Assembly: GCA_963703285.1 (NCBI GenBank)
Contig: OY969807.1
Span: 1,376,001-1,440,000, forward strand
DNA from: an uncultured Nitrososphaerota archaeon
Lineage (GTDB): Archaea > Thermoproteota > Nitrososphaeria > Nitrososphaerales > Gagatemarchaeaceae
Direction of reading: 5' to 3'
Length of the DNA: 64,000 nucleotides
The translations under genes were made by a program, and so were the position numbers. The notes under the pieces were generated by a model. The model was not told the origin of the DNA, made no database searches, and worked only from the letters and a program-made list of their open reading frames with translations. Positions 46,051 to 54,180 of this stretch are shown piece after piece (the first letter of the stretch is position 1; every line of letters begins with the position of its first letter).

Positions 46051-47127
46051 TCAGGCAACCGTGATCGAGGTGACTTGGAGCAGATACTGGAAGGTCGTCG
46101 TCTGGCCGTCTACAACTTCGCTGCCTGCGATGTTCTCATTGGTCACGAGGGGGGCGCTCGACCCCTGAGGAGTTCCCACGGAGAACGAGAAGGCCGTGAG
46201 CGTAGTTGGTGTGCTGCCACAGTATGTTTCTGTTTCTGGTAGATTGTTGGCTGCGTAGGTGGTGACGGACACCTTGGTCGGCCCGATTGAGACCGTAGAT
46301 GTTCCGGTTGAGTGGAAGAAGTTCGCTGCCGTGTAGGCGTTGATCAAACTGTCAGCCTGGATTTGCAGTGTGAATGCGGCGAAGGCACCGACAATCGACT
46401 CCTGAGCCTCCGAACCGGTGATGTTGTATCCGGCGACGTCAATCGCCACTGCAGTCCCGTCCTTGAGGAGCCACACGGTCTCCATGAGATTCGTGCTCCC
46501 TTCGGCGAGAGTTATCGTAACCTTGTAGGTGGTGGAGCTCACGTAGTCCGTGGCGTACGATTCGACGAAACTGTAGCTCGACGGTGAAGAGGACGAAGAC
46601 CCTGAGGTTGAGCTAGTCCCGTTAGCCTGGATCGACATCGCCGAGTAGGCGCTGAGCAGCGGTATCACGTCTTCTGTTACCGATGTGGAGGTTGAGGAGG
46701 TGGAAACGGTGGAACAAGATGTGGTAGTTGTGGTGGTAGAAGAGGTGGCCGAAGTCGTTGAGGACGATGTTGTTGATGTGGTCGACGAGGTTGTGGTCGT
46801 GCTGCTCGTTGTGGTCTTGGAGCTGGTTGTTGTCGACGTCGTGCTGGTCGTCGGAGGTGCGGTGCTCGAAGTGGTAGTGCTGCTGGTCGTGGTGGGAGGC
46901 GTAGTCGAAGTCGTGCTGGTCGTCGGGGCGGCCGTCGTCGATGTGGTGCTGCTCGTACTGGCGGGCGGTGTGCTGGACGAGGAGGTCGTCGACGGGCTCG
47001 AAGTTGGAGTCGAGGAACTCGAAGACGACAGAGCGACGTATGCGGCGACCCCGCCGATTGCAACGAGAACAATGATGATCCCCGCGATAACAATAGGAGC
47101 AACGCCGCGCTTTGGCTTTATCAGCAC
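46051..47127 (-). CDS. Ser/Thr-rich cell-surface protein with class III (pilin-like) signal peptide
   Basis: KPKRG|VAPIVIAGIIIVLVAIGG N-terminus, ~130-aa S/T/P linker, beta-rich C-terminal domain; GTG start inferred. Confidence 0.75.
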   Translation of the reverse strand: MLIKPKRGVAPIVIAGIIIVLVAIGGVAAYVALSSSSSSTPTSSPSTTSSSSTPPASTSSTTSTTAAPTTSTTSTTPPTTTSSTTTSSTAPPTTSTTSTTTSSKTTTSSTTTTSSTTSTTSSSTTSATSSTTTTTTSCSTVSTSSTSTSVTEDVIPLLSAYSAMSIQANGTSSTSGSSSSSPSSYSFVESYATDYVSSTTYKVTITLAEGSTNLMETVWLLKDGTAVAIDVAGYNITGSEAQESIVGAFAAFTLQIQADSLINAYTAANFFHSTGTSTVSIGPTKVSVTTYAANNLPETETYCGSTPTTLTAFSFSVGTPQGSSAPLVTNENIAGSEVVDGQTTTFQYLLQVTSITVA

Positions 47128-47370
47128 GACATATGGTTTATAACATAAGTATTTAATTTCGTCGGAAGAATCTTGCTCTCTTATCCGGGACGACGCAACT
47201 CTAGTCGGAAACAAATCGCTGGGCGATAAGCGCCTGCCTCGGCCCGTCTACCTACGACGGGAGATTCATGGAAGACTTGCAGGAAAGAGGCTGTGATTGT
47301 GGGACCGTTGCAACTCCAGAATCGCGGTCTACGCAAATCCTGAACAACCGAATCGCATCTCAGGCGAGGG

Positions 47371-47997
47371 CTATTCGTTCGGGCCGAGACCTGCGATTCT
47401 GGAGCTGAGAGACGTCTTGACGCTCTCCCTCCATTCTTCGTCGGTGATCGAGTACATCATGCTGTCTCCCGGGGTCCCATCCTGGCGGATCCGGTGGTTT
47501 CGCAGCCTTCCCTCGAACTTGGCGCCGAGCTTGAGGATGGCCCTCTGCGAGTGCACGTTGTTGCTGTCTGTCTTCAGCTGCACCCTCACGGCGTTCCAGT
47601 CCTCGAACGCGTGTCTCAAGAGCAGGAACTTGCATTCAGGGTTAACGACCGTCCCCCACACCCTCGAGTCGTACCACGTTCCTCCGATTTCGACTCCCCG
47701 CTGTACGGGACGGGCGTCCATGTATCGCGTGCTGCCGAGGACGCTTTGGTCGTCCTTGCTGAAGACGGTGAAAGGATACTCGGTCCCCCGTTCCTGGGCC
47801 TTGAGGGCGAGGTCGATCCACTCCCCCATGCGCTCCTGAGTCCTAGCGTCCATGGACATCCAGGTCCAGTCCGATTCCCGCGCGGCCGCCAGCAGCCGGT
47901 CTGCATGGGAGGGACTGAGAGGCTCCAGACGGACGTGCTTCCCCTCGAGGACGCATGGACCCAAGGCGAGCGGCAATGTGGCCCTCGGGGCAGGCAT
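47371..47997 (-). CDS. GNAT (RimJ/RimL-like) acetyltransferase
   Basis: LEGKHVRLEPL, VEIGGTWY, KFLLLRHAFE, SQRAILKLGAKFEG; start ATG 47997. Confidence 0.9.
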   Translation of the reverse strand: MPAPRATLPLALGPCVLEGKHVRLEPLSPSHADRLLAAARESDWTWMSMDARTQERMGEWIDLALKAQERGTEYPFTVFSKDDQSVLGSTRYMDARPVQRGVEIGGTWYDSRVWGTVVNPECKFLLLRHAFEDWNAVRVQLKTDSNNVHSQRAILKLGAKFEGRLRNHRIRQDGTPGDSMMYSITDEEWRESVKTSLSSRIAGLGPNE

Positions 47998-48041
47998 GGC
48001 TTTGATAAATCTGTGGAGAGAGCTATCCTTGGGACGACGAG

Positions 48042-48416
48042 TCAATCCTTCTTCTCTATGAGCTCCAGCCAGATCCCGTTGGGGTCCTTGACGAAGGCGA
48101 TCCGGCTCGAACCCAGCGAGTACGGCTCCCGGGCGATCTCGACCCCCTTCTTGCGCATGGCTTCGACGGCCTCGCCGACGTCCTTGACCCCGAACGCGAT
48201 GTGATCCAGCTGGTCCCCTTCCGCATAGTCCTTCTTGTCCTTCCACCAAGTGAGCTCTATCCTGTGGTTCGTGCCCGCAATCTCGAGAAACGCTATCTCA
48301 GCGTTGTTCTGCCTGATTTCCCTGCGGCTCGCCAGGGTCATCCCGAGCTTCTCTGTGTAGAACGATATGCTCTCGTCCATGTCCTTGACCGTGATCGACG
48401 TGTGGAGGAGCTGCAT
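48042..48416 (-). CDS. VOC / lactoylglutathione lyase family
   Basis: HTSITVKDMDESISFY, LDHIAF, KDPNGIWLEL. Confidence 0.88.
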   Translation of the reverse strand: MQLLHTSITVKDMDESISFYTEKLGMTLASRREIRQNNAEIAFLEIAGTNHRIELTWWKDKKDYAEGDQLDHIAFGVKDVGEAVEAMRKKGVEIAREPYSLGSSRIAFVKDPNGIWLELIEKKD

Positions 48417-48554
48417 GGGGAGGAGTCCCCGCCTTGCCTCGTATAAATCCGACGGGCGGGAAGGTGTAGAGCGTCGCGCGTCCGCAAACCGGCTTCCGGA
48501 GTCGATCAGCCTGTGGCGCTTGCTAAATAGCTACCTCGCGGGACGGAGGAGCCC

Positions 48555-49724
48555 GTGAGAAACCGATATGCCGCCCTCCTAGCGGTCTCTCTCCCGTCAT
48601 TCGTGTACGGCCTTTTCAGGTTCTCGATAGGCATCGTCGTCCCTAGGATAGAGACAGCCTACGCCATCGGCGACTCTGTCATGGGCGCCATCGTCTCGGT
48701 CTCCGTGGGTGTGGTCGGGCTGGGAGTCTTCGCTTCAGGTACCTTCTCCGGCAGATTTGGAAACAAGAACACCATAGTCATCGGTCTGCTCCTCTTCTCG
48801 TTCCCCCTGGCCGCTATGGTGGCAGGCCCGGGTCTCGTCGCGTTCTCTGGCCTCTTCATGCTCGCCTCGTTCGGCTCCGGTCTGGTCATCCCGACCAGCT
48901 ACGCAGTCGTCTCCTCGTTGCTCCCCCTCAGGAGGGGGATGGGGGCCGGGCTAGTGACCTCTGCCTACAACGTGGGCGGCCTCGTAGGACCGGCCGTGGT
49001 CGGCTTCCTGCTCCTCTACCATGACTGGAACACATCCTTTCTCGTGATACCCGCGGCTGGCCTCGTAACCGTCGTCGTCTTCTCGGCCGCGATACCGCGC
49101 TCGGCAGGCTACGCCCCGGTCGGTCCTCCGGGGCAGTATAGGAGACTGTTGCGGAACAGGTCGGTGCTCGTCCTCGCGATCGGCGGCTTCATCGCCGACG
49201 CGGCCTTCCTGTCTTACCTCTCCTGGACGCCGAAGTTCCTGCTCACGTCCTTCGACGTGTCTGGCGCGACGACAGCTCTTGTCGACCTCCTCTTCGGAGT
49301 GGGGGTCGGCTTCGGCGCAATCGGTATCTTCGCCGCCGGGTACCTCTACGACAGGATCGGAGGGAAGGTCAGCGCGGTGATGGGAGGTATGGCGGCGACG
49401 GCAGCGACGGCGGGCATCTACATCTCTGATTCGCTTCTGATGGCCATCGTGCTTGTCATCGCGGGGAGCTTCTTTCTCAACTGGTTCTGGACGCTGCTCA
49501 CGGTCATGTCGCAGTCTAGCGTCTCCACTGAGGACCGTTCGTCCTCGACGAGTCTCGTCCAGACGGCGGCGTTCATGGGTGCCTTCGTTGGACCGGGGCT
49601 GGCGGGTCTGCTGGGCGGCGCCGATACCGTCGCGCTCCTCATCGCCGTGTCCGTGCCGAACGGGCTTTTCGTGCTGGTCATGGCGTTCCTCTATAGGGAG
49701 AGGCCCTTCGAGGCCAAGGCGTAA
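48555..49724 (+). CDS. MFS transporter
   Basis: About 12 TM segments, GYLYDRIGGK motif A, RRGMGAG. Confidence 0.88.
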   Translation: MRNRYAALLAVSLPSFVYGLFRFSIGIVVPRIETAYAIGDSVMGAIVSVSVGVVGLGVFASGTFSGRFGNKNTIVIGLLLFSFPLAAMVAGPGLVAFSGLFMLASFGSGLVIPTSYAVVSSLLPLRRGMGAGLVTSAYNVGGLVGPAVVGFLLLYHDWNTSFLVIPAAGLVTVVVFSAAIPRSAGYAPVGPPGQYRRLLRNRSVLVLAIGGFIADAAFLSYLSWTPKFLLTSFDVSGATTALVDLLFGVGVGFGAIGIFAAGYLYDRIGGKVSAVMGGMAATAATAGIYISDSLLMAIVLVIAGSFFLNWFWTLLTVMSQSSVSTEDRSSSTSLVQTAAFMGAFVGPGLAGLLGGADTVALLIAVSVPNGLFVLVMAFLYRERPFEAKA

Positions 49725-50657
49725 TCAGCGCGGGAAGATGTCCCTGGGAATCATCGTCCCGACCACCCAGTTTGGCGCATCGACGATTTCGTGGACCCTG
49801 ACGTCAGCCGCGACGCTGCAGAGGACGTAAGCCTCCTCAGGCGTGAGGTCATAGGCCCTTGTCAGGTAGTTCAGCATGTTCCTGACCGAATCCTTCGTTG
49901 CCCTCATAAGGTCGGGCCCGATGCCGGTGGCTCCGACGTACCCTCTCGCGGCCTTCTCGTCACCCTTCGTGAAGAACCTTGGGTAGCTCGCTGCCGCACC
50001 CTTCTCCAGGCTCAGCTTGAGGGTCGCAGACCCTGCGCACTCGATGGCCGTACCGCACACCTCGGCGTCACCCATCGCGGCGTGGACGTCCCCGGCTGAG
50101 AAGAGTGCGCCGTCCACCCAGACGGGGATCTCGACCCGGCTTCCGGCCGTGAGGTGCCTGATGTCCATGTTGCCGCCGTGCCGTCCGGGTGGGCCGACCT
50201 CCATCTTTCCCCTGGACTTTGGCGCGACGCCCAGGACACCGCAGAAGGGGTTGAGGGGAATCCTGATCCCGTTCTCGAACGTGGCGAAGCTCTTGTCCCT
50301 AAGGTCCCACTTGTAGAGGAAGGGCTTCCTGAACTCCTCCTGCAGGAGACCGAAACCCGGAAGGATGAACGACCAGCCGAAGTCGGCTACCTTGACTTCG
50401 ACGACCTCCACGCGGAGGGCGTCGCCGAGTTTCGCGCCGCGGACCAAGACGGGCCCCGCCAGGGGGTAAACCTTGGACCAGTTCACTTTCACAACGTCGG
50501 CGTGCCTAGAGTCCTTGGTCAACTGCCAGCTCGCCACGTCGTTTATCTCGAACGTCACCGTGTCGCCGTCGTTCACCGTGAGCGCGGGCCTGTGAGACCG
50601 GGACCACTTGTAGTGGAAGGTCTTCAGGGGGACGCGGTGGTGCTGGGTCAGTGCCAT
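49725..50657 (-). CDS. Acetamidase/formamidase family
   Basis: PLAGPV, HGGNMD, GDVHAAMGDAEVCGTAIE, EAYVLCS, VDAPNW. Confidence 0.92.
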   Translation of the reverse strand: MALTQHHRVPLKTFHYKWSRSHRPALTVNDGDTVTFEINDVASWQLTKDSRHADVVKVNWSKVYPLAGPVLVRGAKLGDALRVEVVEVKVADFGWSFILPGFGLLQEEFRKPFLYKWDLRDKSFATFENGIRIPLNPFCGVLGVAPKSRGKMEVGPPGRHGGNMDIRHLTAGSRVEIPVWVDGALFSAGDVHAAMGDAEVCGTAIECAGSATLKLSLEKGAAASYPRFFTKGDEKAARGYVGATGIGPDLMRATKDSVRNMLNYLTRAYDLTPEEAYVLCSVAADVRVHEIVDAPNWVVGTMIPRDIFPR

Positions 50658-50780
50658 CGCCCGGTTCCGTCGAGTCCCAGGGGCTGCAACAAGTCGGGCC
50701 GAGTAGGCGCGCGAAACCTCTTAAGGCTTCTTGGGGCGAAGAAATTCTTAAGTGCGGTGGCCCGGAGCCGGCCCCGAGGT

Positions 50781-50919
50781 GCCAGGGTAGCTCAGAAGCG
50801 GCAATCTCGCTGGGAAACCTGGGAGAGAGAACAGCCTCTAACACTCGGCTGAAGACCGAGATCAATTATCTCGTGATAATTGTCGGGAGCTGTCGTCGGT
50901 TCAAATCCGACCCCTGGCA
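50781..50919 (+). tRNA. tRNA-Phe(GAA) with three non-canonical introns (15/16: 50796-50817; 24/25: 50828-50841; ~43/44: 50861-50889)
   Basis: GCCAGGG/CCCTGGC acceptor, CTCGG-CTGAAGA-CCGAG anticodon arm, GTTCAAATC T-loop; removing three inserts gives a standard cloverleaf. Confidence 0.88.
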
Positions 50920-50942
50920 TCCCCCACGATCCCAGCCTCTCC

Positions 50943-52139
50943 TCAGATTCCGGAGAGCGCCTGCGAGAGGTCTTCCTTCAGGTCCTCGACGTCCTCCAGA
51001 CCGAGGGCGAGCCTGAGCAGGTTCTCGCCTATCCCGAGATCCCTCCGGATGTTGGGAGAGAGCGTCTTGGAGGCGCTCGTGAGCGGGTAGCTGAGCAGCG
51101 ACTCGGCGCCGCCGAGGCTCGGCGATGGTTCGATCACCTGGATCTTCCTGAGGACCTCGAGCGCCTCGGTCTTCCCGCCCCTGACGTTGAAGCTCAGCAA
51201 CCCCCCGTACAGGCCTTCGCTGAAGAGGGACCTTGCCACGCTGTGGTACGGGCTCGTCTTCAGGCCGGGATAGAACACCTCCTCCACCTTGGGATGGTCC
51301 TCGAGGAACTCGGCGATAGCCAGCGCGTTCCTGCTCTGCGTCTCGAAGCGGACCTTAAGGGTGCTGATGCCCCTCAGTGCCAGGAAAGCTTCGAAGGGTC
51401 CCATTATCGACCCGAGCTTCCTCCTGAACTCCCACAGGTCCGTCAGGTCCATCGAGTCGTTGAGCGCGATAACACCTCCGACGAGGTCGTTGTGGCCGCC
51501 CATGTACTTCGTCACGCTGTGCAGCGTCACCCAGGCCCCGTCCAGAAGAGGCTTGTAGAGGACGGGGGTGGCGAAGGTGTTGTCGACGATGAGCCTCGTC
51601 CCCGTCTCCTTGCAGCGCCCCGCGATCTTCCGGACGTCGACGACGCGTGCCTTTGGATTCGTGATGGTCTCCACGAACGCCAGGGAGACTCCGGGCTTGA
51701 TCTTCTCGAGGAAGTCCTCTGTCTCGGGCCCGGCGAGGACAGTCTTGACGCCGAACTTGGCGAGGTTCAGGGCGAGCTCCTGCGTCGTCCCGTAGGACTC
51801 CTTCGTGATGACTATAGTGTCGCCCGCGCCGAGCGCCGAGAGGTAGACGGCCGCGATGCTCGCCATCCCGCTGCTGAAGGCGAGGGCGCTCTCCGCCTTC
51901 TCCAGCTTCTCGATCACCTTCTCGAAGCCCCTGACCGTGGGGTTCTCCTCCCGCGAGTACTTCTGGTCGAACCCCCTGTCCGACTTCCTTGACTCGCCCG
52001 TCCTCCTGTCCGGATGCTCGAAGATCGTCGAGAGGTAGAGGGGTACCTTGAACGTGCCCGTCTCAACGTCGAAGTAGTCGTGACCGTGAATCGATTCGGT
52101 CGAGGAGTGCGCCAACTTCCCTTCCCACAGTCCACCCAT
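50943..52139 (-). CDS. Cys/Met metabolism PLP enzyme (cystathionine gamma-synthase/lyase family)
   Basis: YSREENPT, FSSGMA, ETITNP, VDNTFATP, HSVTKYMGGHND, SLGGAESL, LRLALGLED. Confidence 0.92.
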   Translation of the reverse strand: MGGLWEGKLAHSSTESIHGHDYFDVETGTFKVPLYLSTIFEHPDRRTGESRKSDRGFDQKYSREENPTVRGFEKVIEKLEKAESALAFSSGMASIAAVYLSALGAGDTIVITKESYGTTQELALNLAKFGVKTVLAGPETEDFLEKIKPGVSLAFVETITNPKARVVDVRKIAGRCKETGTRLIVDNTFATPVLYKPLLDGAWVTLHSVTKYMGGHNDLVGGVIALNDSMDLTDLWEFRRKLGSIMGPFEAFLALRGISTLKVRFETQSRNALAIAEFLEDHPKVEEVFYPGLKTSPYHSVARSLFSEGLYGGLLSFNVRGGKTEALEVLRKIQVIEPSPSLGGAESLLSYPLTSASKTLSPNIRRDLGIGENLLRLALGLEDVEDLKEDLSQALSGI

Positions 52140-52194
52140 GCTGCATGCTCATAAAGATGATGAAGTTTTAATTCCTTGGAGAATCAACGCAGCG

Positions 52195-53622
52195 TCAGTA
52201 GACGGGCATGGAGGGGTCGATCTCCTGCGTCCAGGCCTTTATGCCTCCCTTCAGGATCTTGACCTTCTTGAAACCGATCCTCTTGAGCAGGTCGGTGGCC
52301 TGCGCGCTCCGCATCCCCGTGTGGCAGTAGACGACGACCTCGTCGGCGGTGTCCAGCTCGTTGACCCGCTGTATCAGCTCTCCAATCGGGATCGACTTGG
52401 ATCCAGGGATGTGGGCGATCTGGTACTCGAACCCCTCCCTCACGTCCAGCACCACCACCTCGCTTCCGGCGTCGAGGGCCTGCTTGAGGGAAGCGGGGGT
52501 GACTTCGAGCTCGGGCCTGAACTCGTTCGTTATCCCGCAGAAGTTCTCGTAGTCGATGAGTTCCTTGACGGTGGGGTTCTCGCCGCAGACGGGACACTGG
52601 GGGTTCTTCTTCAGCTTGAGCTCGATGAACTTCAGGTCCAGGGCGTTGAAGAGGAGCAGCCTGCCGATGAGGGGCGTGCCCTTACCCAGGATCAGGTCTA
52701 TCGCCTCGGTCGCCTGGATGCTGCCCATCACGCCGGGCAGGACCCCGAGGACGCCGCCCTCGGCGCAGGACGGAACCAGGTTCGGGGGCGGGGGCTCCGG
52801 ATAGAGGCACCTGTAGCAGGGCCCCTCCTTCGAGTAGAAGACGGAGGCCTGTCCGTCGAACCTGAAGATGCTCGCGTAGACGTTCGGCTTGCCAAGGAGG
52901 ACGCAGGCGTCGTTCACGAGGTAGCCGGTCGGGAAGTTGTCCGCGCCGTCGATTATGATGTCGTAGTCCTTCATTATGTCCAGGGCGTTCGAGGAGTCGA
53001 GGCGGACCTTGTGGAGCTCGACCGAGACGTTGGGGTTCACGTAGAGCAGCCTCGCCTTTGCGACGTCCGCCTTGCTCTTGCCGATGTCCTGCTCCGAGTA
53101 GAGGACCTGTCTGTGGAGGTTGCTCTTCTCTATGGTGTCGAAGTCCACTATGCCTATCCTCCCGACCCCGGCCGCCGCGAGGTAGGTCGCAGCGGGGGTC
53201 CCCAGGGCGCCCGCGCCCACTATCAGGACGCTGGCCCTCTTGAGGGCCTTCTGACCCTCCAGGCCCACCTCCGGCATTATAAGGTGCCTGCTGTAGCGGA
53301 TGAGCTCGCTCCCGGAGAGGGAGACGCTGGCTTGGGCGCGGCTGCCCGAGCCGCCCGTTATCGAGGGGACGATCATGAGGGTGTCCCCGTCCTTGAGCGG
53401 GGTGTTCTCGCCATCGATGTAGCGGATGTCCTCCTCGTTCAGATAAACGTTGACGAAGTTGCGCAGCCTGCCGGTGTCGGAGTAGAAGTACCGCTTGAGG
53501 CCGGGGAAGCTCGTCACGAGCTCCTGCAGGGCGCCCTTGACGTCCCTCGAGTTGAGCTGGAGCTCGTCCGAGTCGTCCGTCAGCGGCCTAAGCGCCGTCG
53601 GTATGATGACACGCACTGGCAT
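52195..53622 (-). CDS. Fusion: MoaD/ThiS/SAMP-like ubiquitin fold + MoeB/ThiF E1 + rhodanese
   Basis: N-terminal IPTALR..FVNVYLN..IVPSITGG; RYSRH, GAGALG, SNLHRQ, CYRC, SCAEGG, CPVC; C-terminal LDVRE..CHTGMRS..LKGGIKAW; start ATG 53622. Confidence 0.92.
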   Translation of the reverse strand: MPVRVIIPTALRPLTDDSDELQLNSRDVKGALQELVTSFPGLKRYFYSDTGRLRNFVNVYLNEEDIRYIDGENTPLKDGDTLMIVPSITGGSGSRAQASVSLSGSELIRYSRHLIMPEVGLEGQKALKRASVLIVGAGALGTPAATYLAAAGVGRIGIVDFDTIEKSNLHRQVLYSEQDIGKSKADVAKARLLYVNPNVSVELHKVRLDSSNALDIMKDYDIIIDGADNFPTGYLVNDACVLLGKPNVYASIFRFDGQASVFYSKEGPCYRCLYPEPPPPNLVPSCAEGGVLGVLPGVMGSIQATEAIDLILGKGTPLIGRLLLFNALDLKFIELKLKKNPQCPVCGENPTVKELIDYENFCGITNEFRPELEVTPASLKQALDAGSEVVVLDVREGFEYQIAHIPGSKSIPIGELIQRVNELDTADEVVVYCHTGMRSAQATDLLKRIGFKKVKILKGGIKAWTQEIDPSMPVY

Positions 53623-53627
53623 GCCAG

Positions 53628-54038
53628 TCACGCGTCCACCTCTATCCCGTCCTCGGAAGCCGTCTTGCGGTCCTCCGCGGGGGTCCACGACCTCGTGTCC
53701 GCAGCCTTCCCCTTCTGCACCGAGACGACGATGTAGGTGTACCAGGGGAACGAGTGCTCGAGGTCGAAGGCGGAGAGCGAGGCGGGGTAGTCGGGGTGAG
53801 AGTGGTAGACCCCTGCGATGCTCAGACCTCTGTGCGAGACGGCCCTGTCCGCCTTGAAGAGTTCGAGGGGGTCGATGTCGTACCTGTCGTGCTTGGGTCC
53901 CGGATAGGTGTTCGTCATCCTCGTCGACTCGATTATTCTCTTGTCCCTGTCGGCGATGAGGAGACCACAGCACTCGTCAGGGTATGTGGATTCCGCGTGG
54001 GCATGAACCTCATCGATGACCCGTTTTGCAATTCTCAT
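53628..54038 (-). CDS. JAMM/MPN+ (M67, Mec+-like) metalloprotease
   Basis: YPDECCG and HSHPDYPASLSAFD match E-xn-HxH-x7-S-x2-D. Confidence 0.92.
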   Translation of the reverse strand: MRIAKRVIDEVHAHAESTYPDECCGLLIADRDKRIIESTRMTNTYPGPKHDRYDIDPLELFKADRAVSHRGLSIAGVYHSHPDYPASLSAFDLEHSFPWYTYIVVSVQKGKAADTRSWTPAEDRKTASEDGIEVDA

Positions 54039-54180
54039 GGTCAACCCTGATGGCGTCGGCACGTGTAATGCCCGGAGGCACGGTGGACAACCTCTTTACC
54101 GTCCTTGCGGGGCGGTCAGCTCTTCATAAAGTTGACGGAAAAGATATTCGTGGTGGAATAAATGTGGGATCAGGGTGGCC

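Noticed and set aside
46685-47143. Val/Glu/Asp-rich 152-aa ORF and apparent tandem repeats
   Set aside because: Reverse complement of the Ser/Thr codon run of the surface protein; not a separate gene or repeat array.
44186-47300. Genomic island integrated at tRNA-Gly
   Set aside because: No integrase and no duplicated tRNA 3' end was seen downstream; the ABC genes have host-like codon usage.
52138-53736. 532-aa plus-strand ORF, and similar long overlapping ORFs (835-2286, 27016-28395, 39208-40356)
   Set aside because: Antisense or alternate-frame shadows of well-supported genes caused by high GC3; no motifs.
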